Shown: piece after piece, positions 1 to 10,394 of the stretch
Numbering within the stretch: position 1 is the stretch's first letter
Layout: every line of letters starts with the position of its first letter
Position numbers and translations under genes: made by a program
Assembly: GCA_008632985.1 (NCBI GenBank)
Contig: QPGO01000143.1
Coordinates: 186,001-209,156, forward strand
Length of the DNA: 23,156 nt
Direction: 5' to 3'
Origin: Psammoneis japonica
Taxonomy: Eukaryota
The notes under the pieces: generated by a model
The model's input: only the letters and a program-made list of their open reading frames with translations
The model's database searches: none
What the model was told of the DNA's origin: nothing

Positions 1-179
1 GTCACAGAAACTTCTGCAAAGCTGCAAAATCTCATTGCACACAGTTGTGGCTCAGAGCAGCACTGTGCAGGCATTTTGCTCAAAGTGCATGACTTTGTGT
101 GACAACAATTTGAAAAAGCATGTGCCACCATCACAGCCACTGCGGTGCACCGCTTGAGTCATGTTTTGTCCAGCACCGT

Positions 180-270
180 TTGCTCAAACACACGATGTGT
201 TTGAGCAAGAAATGGGCTGAATGTGTTTGAACAATTGCTCAAATTTGTTGAGCAATTGTTGCTCAAACAT
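180..270. repeat. Cluster of TTGCTCAA/TTGAGCAA motifs including a perfect 13-bp hairpin (180-208)
   Basis: ttgctcaaacaca-cga-tgtgtttgagcaa, with further copies in 225-270. Confidence 0.85.
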
Positions 271-828
271 GTGCTGCAAGTGCAAAGTGGAGGCTGCCTG
301 CACAGAGCTGGCCCACTGCACAGTGCTTGCAGTGCACACTGCAATTGCTGCTTTTGTCAACTGGTGCATGCAGGGGTGTCAGTGCAAAAAACAAAAGCAT
401 CAGAAACAAAGTGGTGTTTGCAGCCATTGGCGACCAACAAAGAGCGCAGTTTCTCTGTGACAACACCTTCAAGAAACCCAGCAATCCAATGAAAAACATG
501 TGGCACAAACTTGTGCATGAAAATGTTGAAAGTTCTGGCAGAACAGGCTTGATGGGGGGTGGGGTGCAACAAGAAGAAGAGAAAGTGTTGCACAACATTT
601 TTGCCTCTTGTTTCGATCGAAAACATTTTTCAAAGTGTGCTGAGGAATTGACATGTGCCACAACATTGAGGTTTGTTGTTCCAAGTCAAAAACATGTGGC
701 AAATGGATCATCAGTGTGCCGACACTGTCTTCATGTCATCAGAGCGCCATGATGCAACGTCCTCGGCCGTGTGCCAACATGGTGGATTTTTTTCACACAG
801 GGCTCTGTTGCACCAAGCTGGCAAATGT

Positions 829-940
829 TTTTGACCAATTGCTCAATCTTGCGCAAGTTTGAGCAATCTCGGAAGTTTGAGCATTTTGCTCAAACTTGCC
901 AAGTTTGAGCAAATGGGGACGCAAATTTGAGCTGTTGCTC
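829..940. repeat. Second cluster of TTGAGCA/TGCTCAA motifs with overlapping hairpins (873-897 and 885-913)
   Basis: aagtttgagca-ttt-tgctcaaactt (11-bp stem) and tttgctcaaactt-gcc-aagtttgagcaaa (13-bp stem). Confidence 0.85.
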
Positions 941-1150
941 CTTTCAGTCGCGAAAGCAAGACTGGAACTCTCAGTCATGACCGTTAACTTTTACTTAGCA
1001 TGCGCCCTGACTCTGCAAGACTCTCACAAAATCGCATCTCTGCAAACGAAAGCCGAAAGCTGCAAATTCACCCTCTCCCCTCTTAGTGTAGAGAACTAAC
1101 TGGCATGATTGATCGATCTACTAAAAGTGATTGTCCAGAAACTCATCAAC

Positions 1151-2335
1151 ATGAAATCCCCGTTTCGCTACACAGCACTGATGATGTTAAATTTCATCCC
1201 GTTGTTGAGATTGATGTGGCTTCATCCGATTCATGAGAAGTCGGAAGAAATGTTCGTAACGGATCCTGATAAACCCGTTACCGACTTGCCTAACTTGCAA
1301 GAGGAGCATTCCTTATGCGCATCTTGGGACAAGAACATGGATGACTGGTGGACAAGCCATCCCGATTGGAGTCTCTCATCTGAGAATGACACGCACTACT
1401 GCTTTTCGCCGATGGAAGACAAAGCCAAAGCTAAGTTCTTCCGGAGACTACACGACATTCAACATAACGGAGACTGCTCAAATATGGTAGTTAAGGAGCT
1501 TTGGTCATCAGGTTGGGGAGCTGACTTTCTTAACATTAATGATGGTCTCATTCACGCCCTCGATGCGAAACAACCGGTGCAAATGCACACACATAGCCAT
1601 TGGCACTACGCGGCCAACAAGGAGAATGGGAGTCATGCTGCGTGCCCGAAAAAGGATCTGTCTTGCTTCTTTCTGAATATGTCATCTTGTGAGGTACCGG
1701 ATGACCTTCCCAGAGAGAAAGTGGTCAATGCTCTTCTTGCAACGAAATATTCTCTCCATATTCATGAACTCATGTCGAGCTGGGCATACGAATACGCGAC
1801 CCGCCCACAAAGCTGGCTGAGGCGTGCCGTGTATGAGTACTCAACCAAATCGGCTAATCTATCTACGCCGTGTGCGGCCATGCACGTCCGTAGAGGTGAT
1901 GTTGTACTGCATGGCAATTGGTCACGAAAGTACCACGAGATTCACGAGTACATCGACGCAGCAACGGAACGAAATCGTTCTCTACACAAAGATGAACGAA
2001 GCATTTTTTTGCTGACAGATGATCAAAATGCAATTGAAGAAGCATCATCCCAGTTTCCTGACTACAACTGGGTGTTTCTAGATAGGCCACGCCATCGTGG
2101 GGCTGAAGGCGGGTGGGAAAGTCAGACCCCATCCAACGACCCGAAACAGGAAGTGATCATCATGTTGTCCATTTTTCGTCTGGTTCAGCAATGTGATACA
2201 CTCATTCACTCTACCAGTAACTTTGCCGACTACCTCTGGCACTACATGAGCGACTCCGTGAAAATCAACATTGATGACGGGAAATCCGATGTGTACGGTG
2301 CACATAATTTCAAAGAAGTCGTCACGCCGAACTAA
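1151..2335 (+). CDS. GT23 / alpha-1,6-fucosyltransferase-like (FUT8/NodZ-type) glycosyltransferase, type II membrane, 394 aa
   Basis: Uninterrupted ORF from ATG 1151 with an N-terminal hydrophobic anchor. Motifs AMHVRRGD, IFLLTDD and QCDTLIHSTSNF match the GDP-fucose-binding motifs of alpha-2/alpha-6 fucosyltransferases. Confidence 0.75.
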   Translation: MKSPFRYTALMMLNFIPLLRLMWLHPIHEKSEEMFVTDPDKPVTDLPNLQEEHSLCASWDKNMDDWWTSHPDWSLSSENDTHYCFSPMEDKAKAKFFRRLHDIQHNGDCSNMVVKELWSSGWGADFLNINDGLIHALDAKQPVQMHTHSHWHYAANKENGSHAACPKKDLSCFFLNMSSCEVPDDLPREKVVNALLATKYSLHIHELMSSWAYEYATRPQSWLRRAVYEYSTKSANLSTPCAAMHVRRGDVVLHGNWSRKYHEIHEYIDAATERNRSLHKDERSIFLLTDDQNAIEEASSQFPDYNWVFLDRPRHRGAEGGWESQTPSNDPKQEVIIMLSIFRLVQQCDTLIHSTSNFADYLWHYMSDSVKINIDDGKSDVYGAHNFKEVVTPN

Positions 2336-2896
2336 CAGGTGCTATTCAAGCTTTGCTTACTGAATGTATCAAACAATTCAAAGAAAGACTTGTTTTTGTA
2401 ATCTCTTGTGGTGATTGCATCGTTTAGCATTGTAACACGGGTACGTAGTAGCCCTTGGTCAGGATATTACATGCAAGATGGATGCTACGACTAGGTTAGA
2501 ATAGGAAAACTTTAAATTATGTAGGAGAACCACAACCCATAGACACCTTCCAGCTTCTCTTCGACTGCTAAAGAGCAAGACTCGCTCTCTTCTCGTGTGG
2601 CGCAATAAAGCAAGGAGATGGGTCGACATCTTACTCCAATCATACGTGTTGGACATGCGGCTGCATGTCGTTCATTCGTACGACACAATTCGTCTTTAGG
2701 GTTTATTGCGTGTTGCTGCTTTGGTATCTCCTTTTTGTTTTTTAAGTAGAGTAGCATGGGCTTCCTGAATAATGTGTACGGTAGTGTTGCAGGGAAGATA
2801 ATAATGTGCAATGAGTGTTCCAGTTGTTCCTCCGACATACAAGTTCAACTCTATTCTAGCTAGAGTAGAGAGTCATTAGTCGACAAAACTACAATA

Positions 2897-5722
2897 CATG
2901 GCATTCAGATGACCGAGACATTTGCGAAGATCCTGCCATTTCGCTTCATGACGGTGCTGGTGTGCTCCTCACAGAATGGCAACACTGCGAACGAAAGCGC
3001 CATGAGGCATGAACAAGAACCTCAATGCCAAATTGTGCATCAGAATGCCCATTGTGCCATGCTGCAATCTGAGAGGCATCTGCAGAGAAAGACTTGTCTC
3101 ACAGAAGCAGCAGATCTTTGAACCCATGCCAGCTGAAGCTGTTGTGGACAAGGCCAGCTGTGCTGTCCACCTCAAATGCACCCATGGAGCAGTTCCTCCT
3201 TTTCTTTCAGGGTGTCAAGAGAAAGGTCATTCCACTGGCTGGCCATTGAAGAAAGAGTGGCGCCAGCTTTAACCCAGGCCAGCATTGCAACACTCAAGGG
3301 CAGCATTTCAGCCTTCCCGCCCATTGGGTGTGCAGTGTGCGCAGCAACTTTGCTGACAACATCTTCATCTTAAATCTTTCAAGTGAGTAGAAAGAAACAA
3401 ATGGTGCCCACAAAGCAACTGTGAAAGAGCCACAGATGTGGCACAGCTCTTGTTGTGCCCAGCGCAGCACTGAAAAGCATGCTTGAGTTGCAGCTGAGAG
3501 CTTGGGGCATGCTGGCGGGATGAGGCAATGTCACTTGGATCCTCTGCAGGAGACAGCCAGCAACAGCAAACAGAGTTGTCAGACTGGGCACATTGGAACA
3601 AACACAGCTTGCTGTTTCAAACATTCCTCTCCCTCTCCTTGAAGCCACCATTTCCTTGGCAACAATGAGCTGGTCTAAAAGAAAATTGGGGCGCGGGGTG
3701 CCTTTTGCACATTTGCAACCCTGGCTTGAACCCTGCCCAGAACTGGAGAAGGGTTTGCCTCAATTGTGTTTCAAATGTCAAGAGAATGTGATTGTGCAAA
3801 CCTTCAAATTCAACTCTGTGGGAGGAGGATGGCGGCAACTGGGGTTGGCAGCTGGAGAGGCACAAGCCACCAACAAGAAAGGAGCTTGGCATTGCTGGGA
3901 GATGTGGTGTGGAACGACAGGTCTTCAATTGGTGCTTTGAGTTGTGGCAAAGTGTCATGACCCACAAAATCATTTGATGTCACCAAGTTTGGTGAGCCAC
4001 CCATCCTCTCCAGCAATTTTGAAACTCAGAGTTGTTGATTGTTGACACAGTGTGACAATTTTTTCTTGGATGGGATGTGTCCCAAACCCCAACTTTTTCT
4101 TCTTGTGTGCTGGAAGTGGCAGCCCAAATTGTCCAAAGAAAAGGCCGGACAATCTGGCGCACTGCTTTGTGTGCAGAAAAAGAAGACAACTCTCTTTGCA
4201 ACCCAAACTGTGGCCTGATTTGATGAGTCATGCTGGGAGTTGACAGCAGAAGAGTGGTGGCCAAGAGTGCACACGTGTGCTGGGCTCATGTTGCAGCTCT
4301 TGCTGCTTCTTGCTCCTTGCCCTCACATGTGTGTTGTGTTTGATGGCAGGTGCACTTGCATTTTGCCAAACAAAGTGCAAGTTTTGTGAGAAGCTGTCAG
4401 CAAAAAAGCCTCTGCCAGCAAACAGGAGTCATTGGCTGTCATGCTGTGGACAGCCAGTTGAGAAAGGAGAACCCAACATGAGACAAGGCAAAAGTCCATT
4501 GCACCAACTTAAGCCAACACAGCTGTTCAAACATGGGAGGAGCCCTGCATCAACTGGAGAAGGGAAAGATGCAAGTGACACGTTGTGACAGTGCTGCAAC
4601 TGGTGGTGCAATCTTCATGTGTGCACCACCCATTTTCCCCTTCCTCAACTCTTTCTCTTTTTTTTGTTGCTGATGGTCAGTTTGTTTGGCTTTGTTTCTT
4701 TTTTGCTGACGTCTTTGTGCACTTTGGCTTTTGCTTTTCTTTGTCATCATTTTTTCCCACATGGCAGCCTCTGCAGCTCCAGCCACCCACATTGACCTCT
4801 GTGCTCATGTTTTGTTTGGGCCAAAGCAGCTGCATTTTTTCTCAATGGAGTTTGCCCTTTTTGTGCCTGCAAGTTTGTTCTTGGCAATCCAGTCATTGTT
4901 TTTGCTGGCCCTGTGAGGAACAAATTGTGGCACACACACTTTGTGTTTCTCTAAAAATTGCTGTTTTTTGTTGTGCCGGTTTCTTGGCCTTGCGGGCTGG
5001 GTTCACAGCTGCAAAAGTTTTTTGTTCTTGCCTGCTTCAGCATCCAAGATTTTTGCTTCAAACAGAGCAGATGGGGCCTCTTTTTGGCATCCCACCCTCC
5101 TCAAACATGCCCTCTTTGGCTTTGTCTGACTTGCTGCTTGCTTGCCACTTGAAGCATGGAGGAGTCCAAGGACAAGGCCAATGGACCAGAAGGATGGCTG
5201 AAAGTGGGCCAAAGAAGGAAAGCATGCTTTTTCCAATTGCTGGCTTTTGCCATGTCAACCACCTTGATGAGGGCTTTCTTGTTGTTCTTCTGGCTGTGAT
5301 GATTGATGAGCTCTCTGTCAGCTGATGCAAAACTGTCAATCAGAAAGGTGTCATCATCCTTGTCTGGTTCGCTCTTGAGAACTTTTGTTGTGGCACTGCT
5401 TCATCGGAGGAGAAAAGGCAAATGAAATGCCAACCCCAATCTTCAAAAGGGGCTTGAGTGACTTTTGGGTTCCCAGCCTTGACTGTGTTCTCAGTCATCT
5501 CAGAGTTGTCCAGTGTTCCATCTCCACCACCACGTTTCCTGTGGTGCTTTCCATCCATCGGGTGCTGGCATCTTTTCCCATGTTGTCAAAGAGCTTGTTT
5601 TGGATGCCTTGTTGCTTCGAATTTTTTTTGGAGAAGTCGTCTCGCTTTGTGTGGCCATCTTCTTGCAGGAGGACGGTGCACCTTTGCATTTGGTGCTGTT
5701 GGTTTTGGTGGCCATGGCGTTT
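2897..5722 (-). pseudogene. Hypermutated TpA/CpG-depleted block containing a decayed minus-strand coding sequence of unknown family (TE or captured gene)
   Basis: Only 6 TA in about 2.8 kb. Protein-like minus frames, e.g. from ATG 5715 (MATKTNSTK...KVLKSEPDKDDDTFLIDSFASADRELIN) and 3369-2946 (DEDVVSKVAAHTAHPMGGKAEMLPLSVAMLAWVKAGATLSSMASQW...), are broken by TGA and lack Tyr. Confidence 0.5.
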
Positions 5723-6111
5723 TATGGATGCTGTTTCCACTTGTGCTCAGGAATTCGTGCCACTCTTCGAAGACTCTCTAGCCGTTGCGCGCCGGAAAAG
5801 TGACAATCCAACAAACTGTGTGACGGAATCGTCTGGTCCATCCATCTTCCAGTAGAATCGTCGTGGACAGAATAAAAGCACAAAGGGCAAGGGACTTGCT
5901 AGAATAATTTTCCTGGGTAAGGAAAGCGATTTCCATCTGTCCATATTAAGACTTGATGATAAAACATTATCTTCTGCAATTACTGATGAAACGGTAGAAA
6001 AGCGTCTACGTTAGATGAATCATTCTAGGTATTCTTGCTAGATGTTATGACTACATCCGCTTCCACCCTGAAAAGATATGCATCTGTTACAGTTTGCCCC
6101 TTTCACGGCGT

Positions 6112-6939
6112 TCATTTGATTCTTGTAACAAGTACCTCAAATAGCAGAGTCGCGTCTGTCTTGAATAGGTTTTCGAACCTTCGCTTTCCGTCTTTTGTAG
6201 TAGGTAGGGGAAGTTGGTTTGCTTTGCGGGCAGGATAAACCTGTGTGGATGGAACCTCGATCCGTCGCAAAGCATTTCGATGCATCCCCATCATGCCCTC
6301 TTCTAGACCTGGCAATAGTTCGCCACTTCCAATTGTCCATGCCAATTCATTAAAATCTGTATCTTCCTTTGTGGAAAAAAACTTGATCCCTCCAGGTTCG
6401 TTCTGTGTCGCAAAGGACTTGCATCGAATCGTCATTTCGACAGCCACCTTGGATCCCTGACGGACGACTGTGAAGATGGATAAAGCCTTATGTTATATAA
6501 GGTACGTGAACAGCATTACATGTTTGAAAATGCTCAACACCAATGGTACGTACCCTCCTCTCCCTTTCCTTCGCGGTATTCACGATACGACACGCCAGAC
6601 GGCAACTCCGTGAACGGAACATCGACAAGGTCTGTTGCCGGTTTTTGGATGGCTTCGATCTGACGCAATCGTTGTGCCGTCCCCGATTCATCTCCCTCTA
6701 CGGGGAGACTTTCAGCAGCGACGGGTCGATCCCGGCATTTGCCACCGATGGGATTGTCAACAAGGTCGCGAGGCTGCTAGCTGTAGTAAGAAACGACCGA
6801 CGACTTGTTGCTGTACTTCCTGTCTTTGTCGATTCGGCGCCCGTTGTTGAGTAGTTAGAGAAAAAGCAATGCAGACCTCCCCAAATCCGATCGCCTGAGC
6901 AACAAGGACAAGTACACACGGCTTCAGCTGTACCATCAT
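6112..6939 (-). CDS. FKBP-type peptidyl-prolyl cis-trans isomerase, probably plastid thylakoid-lumen targeted; 2 exons (intron 6468-6553); two apparent 1-bp deletions (~6805, ~6711)
   Basis: FKBP motifs LPSGVSYREYREGKG, GELLPGLEEGMMGM and ATLLFEV. Signal peptide ends ...CIA-FSL, followed by a twin-arginine peptide SRRSFL...VANA. A GTACGT...CACAG intron joins the frames correctly. The start could alternatively be 6948. Confidence 0.8.
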
Positions 6940-7404
6940 GGCGGCCATCAAATAAGATTGCAATAGCGGTGTTAGCGGTGTTGTAGGGGAGATACATAGT
7001 GATGACGATGTCACGAGAAAGCTTATCATGGCAAGGTGAAAGATACTTTCCGCATCAGTGATGATTTTTAATCTACAGCACGGACTATTGTATAATAAAT
7101 CACTATGACAAAAATAGAACGTGATTTTCGCTTACAGCTGACGATGAAACGGCTCGCTGTGAGATTTGTACTCGACGAGCCGTGGAATATTATATATTCA
7201 TCCTTTATATATTATAAACTGAATAGTACTACAATTCCTTATACTACATATACCTGGTATTTACTGTACTGTGTGGATTCTCCCTCCATCGTGGATCGAC
7301 GAAGAAAATCGACATGATGCGAATCGTGCGTGGTGTTTTTCTTGCTGTTGCTTTTAATCCCCACAATCATTGCAAAAGCAACAACCATCAACAACAACGA
7401 AACG

Positions 7405-8039
7405 ATGCAATCAGATACAGCGAATGATGCTGCAATTGCCTTGGCAATCGCAGAGCAAGAACACCAACAAGCAACAGCAAACAATTCTTCTGTTGTCGCG
7501 CACGACTCGTCATCGGCACGTCGTCCTCCACAACAACAACCATCACCGTCTCAAACGAGTAGTGTCTCGTTACCTCCATGGCTTTCTTCGCTCGTTCGAC
7601 AACAACAACCCTACATGTGCACGGTTCCCTGCGTGATTAGTGGTATTTGTGTCGAACTCATGGTGGATTCGGGAGCATGCACGTCGGTCATTTCGTATGA
7701 ATTGGCCAAACGCTTGAATTTGGAGTCACGCATCGACCGCCGACACGGTGGTGTCGCCAATGGGTGGGACAAGCCAAGATTTTGGGAAAAATATCGGGAG
7801 TTCCGGTCGAATTGGGACATGTCGAGTTTTGTATGGATTACTCCGTCTTGGATGTACCGCAACAACAATTGTTGTTGTTGGGATTGGATCAAATGAGAAA
7901 ATACAAATGCATTATTGATTTGGAACAGGATGTACTGATCTTTGGTGGGCATGGTGGCGTACAGGTACCCATGTTGAAACCACATCAGCAGCAACAACAG
8001 CCAATGTTTCGAACACAAGACGCATGTGAAATCATGTAA
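7405..8039 (+). CDS. DDI1-like retroviral-type aspartyl protease domain protein with no UBL/UBA; apparent 1-bp deletion at ~7763
   Basis: Catalytic MVDSGA. Adding one G gives GVANGVGQAKILGKI, then LLLGLDQMRKYKCIIDLEQDVLIFG, typical of the Ddi1 RVP domain. Confidence 0.8.
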
Positions 8040-8521
8040 ATTAGGTGTTTGGGCAGAGCTGGTCCTTTTCGCGATGTGATGCTCCTCCCTCCATACCGGT
8101 GCAGTAGTAGAGTAGCTTGGTTAGAGAGTTTTCTGCAGTGCACCAGTAGCCACAACACCAGCCAACCCAAAAAGCCAAAATGCTGTGAATATAACGAATA
8201 GTACCCGTACGTCTTGTTGAGTTGTCGCGGCTCTTTCGCTCACAAAAGTTCACGACCAAAGCACGACTGCGAGAGGAGATTTGATTTCAGCCACACGACC
8301 CAAACCACGTTGGTCATCGGAGCACTATCGTCCATTCGAAGCTAACAATCCCTGTACTGGTACTTGATTCTTAATTGGGATACACTAGTTAATCATATCA
8401 CTACTTTGACCTTATACAAGAAAGCCCACTCCACTAAATTGTGCTTGTTCTTTTTCATTGTACATGAGCTGGTCCTTTGCTGCTACCCCTCCTTCTTGTT
8501 ACTTTTTCCCGGCCTGTTTGG
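7871..8521 (+). repeat. Direct repeat copy A (~650 bp): DDI1-like 3' end, intergenic DNA and last codons of ACS
   Basis: Colinear diverged match to 10395-11053, from gttgttgttgggattggatcaaat to ttactttttcccggcctgtttgg. Confidence 0.95.
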
Positions 8522-8630
8522 TCACAAAAAAATAGGTGCCCAGGTTAGCCCCGTTGTACGTAAATGGGAACGGAGGGAAATCCAGCCGAACTAGGCCACC
8601 ATTGACCCCCCCCCAAAAGTGACCAAACAG
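8514..8630. repeat. 12-bp inverted repeat CTGTTTGGTCAC / GTGACCAAACAG at the duplication junction
   Basis: 8514-8525 is the exact reverse complement of 8619-8630. Confidence 0.7.
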
Positions 8631-8860
8631 TAACTTGTTTCAAATGTTAGAATTTGCTTGTCCAATTGACCCTAAAGGTTCCCAATGAAGCACTTGACTC
8701 CTGCCTGTCACAATTTCCCCTAAATACGGTCCGCCAAAAAGTCGTCAATCGCACAATGAGCTCGCGGATCCCGTGTAAAAAAGATACACCACTTTGCTAC
8801 CTACCAGTAATGAAAAACATAGGCATTGGCACTCACAAAGTGTTCTAAGTCGTATCCGGT

Positions 8861-10150
8861 TCATTGCTTGCGGCACACAATTTTAGTTGATGGCATCTCT
8901 TCGCCCTTGCATATTGATTTCAACACGAGTTCGAGAACTATCCAGTTCAGTAGGTCCGTGTTATGACACAAGTTCGCAGAATCCAAGAGAGCCTGAATGG
9001 CCGTGCAATTCCCAATCGACAACGCCGTTGCCAACAGGTCTCGGGAGTACTGAATGGCGGTTGAACCATCATCGTCCACGTTGTCTCTGATGTGGTCCAG
9101 CAACACAACATTATTTAGAAAGGCAGACAAAATCTCAGGAGGCCAAACCCCCTTATTGTTGCCATGCCTCCAAATGAGACACTGAAGAGGAGTGTCGCCG
9201 TCGACATTGGTTTGGAACAAGGCTGTCTTGAGGCATTTCAAGGTTGTCGACGACTTTTGGACCATCCAATTGGCCAGCTCGAGCACTCCATCATTTTTCA
9301 CCGACGCATTCTTAAAAAAGTAGTGCATGGGGTTGTTTCCCCTGCGGTCCTGTCGTCGCAGGGCCGAAGGATAACGGTGAATGACCCTCTTGACAAGGCG
9401 GACCGAAATGCCGGAATAAAGAGCTGCTCCATCCTCTTGCGATAAATAATCCAAGAAAGATTTGGTTGCGGTTGCCGGCGTGTAATCTCGCGATAAGTAG
9501 TCCGAGAAATACTTTGTTCTTGCGACAGCCGTCGTGTAATGTTGCGATAAATAATTCGAGAAAGCATAGTGAAGGGGTAGGCAGTATGTATCCTCATTGA
9601 CGAATTTGACCGCCTCCTTGCGTTTGTCAAAAATGCTCCAAATATAACTGGTAGGCAGCGAGTTTTGGAATGCTTTGTGAAGGGCGTCATCGTCCATAGT
9701 CTCGTCGTCGTCGTCGTTACCGGAAATCGTGTGCAACGCCCAAACAAATGACCTGGGAAGGAAATTGACCGAGCCGCAAGGGTTTCGTTTCCAACTCAAT
9801 AGCGCAACTAGTAACAAGTCTTCGGTGCAGACATTGTCATTCTCGTCGCTCTTGCGGAGACAGATCGACTCGTAACGGACCACATGGATCTTTCCGATTC
9901 TGTCAAAGCGAATGGATGCAGGCTCGGTGATCAAATCGTGTCGATCCATGAGATCGTAGTAACACGAGGGACATCTCGGATAAGCTTGAGTGTCGTCCAA
10001 GCAGCAAATTAGATTCTGAATGTGTTGACGGGCTATTGGAGATAGCGAGTTGTTGTAGGTAGAGGCGAAGGCATCCGGTGGGTCCATGCTAACGGACTCT
10101 TTGTTGTCAGTCCAGTTGGAAGCAGAGGAGAAGGCACGCGGTGGGTCCAT
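8861..10150 (-). CDS. Degenerate ankyrin-repeat-like protein (~429 aa)
   Basis: Long ORF with ankyrin-like segments YCLPLHYAF, VIHRYPSALRRQDRRGNNPMHYFF and QTNVDGDTPLQCLI. Internal repeats are spaced in multiples of 3 (63, 51, 54 nt). Start uncertain: in-frame ATGs at 10438, 10246 and 10150. Confidence 0.6.
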   Translation of the reverse strand: MDPPRAFSSASNWTDNKESVSMDPPDAFASTYNNSLSPIARQHIQNLICCLDDTQAYPRCPSCYYDLMDRHDLITEPASIRFDRIGKIHVVRYESICLRKSDENDNVCTEDLLLVALLSWKRNPCGSVNFLPRSFVWALHTISGNDDDDETMDDDALHKAFQNSLPTSYIWSIFDKRKEAVKFVNEDTYCLPLHYAFSNYLSQHYTTAVARTKYFSDYLSRDYTPATATKSFLDYLSQEDGAALYSGISVRLVKRVIHRYPSALRRQDRRGNNPMHYFFKNASVKNDGVLELANWMVQKSSTTLKCLKTALFQTNVDGDTPLQCLIWRHGNNKGVWPPEILSAFLNNVVLLDHIRDNVDDDGSTAIQYSRDLLATALSIGNCTAIQALLDSANLCHNTDLLNWIVLELVLKSICKGEEMPSTKIVCRKQ

Positions 10151-10394
10151 GTTTGTTGGATGGTTGAAGAGATCAGCAACGTCTCGCGATTGTAATGAAA
10201 TAGCGTGGTTTCTTATGATGTTGGATGCTGGGGATGGGACGAACATGATTGAATGAGATGCATGGTGGTCGCAGGTAGGTCTCGGTCGCAGGTCTGCAGT
10301 CTTGTCTCGACTGACGTGGTCGCGGGAAGCGCACGCAAGCCGCAACGGAAACGCAAGGACCACAACATTGATCAAAGGACCATTTCTTTTGACA

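Larger units (their letters stand above)
1..984. mobile_element. Hypermutated TpA-free, CpG-poor block, probably a decayed transposon end; truncated by the window start
   Basis: No TA dinucleotide in 1-984 (first TA at 985). About 18 CG. Strong TG/CA excess. Clustered TTGAGCAA/TTGCTCAA motifs in alternating orientation. No recognisable transposase motif, so TE identity is inferred. Confidence 0.5.

Noticed and set aside
180..940. Palindromic repeats as a possible CRISPR array
   Set aside because: Motifs are short, irregularly spaced and in both orientations. There are no regular unique spacers or cas genes and the context is eukaryotic.
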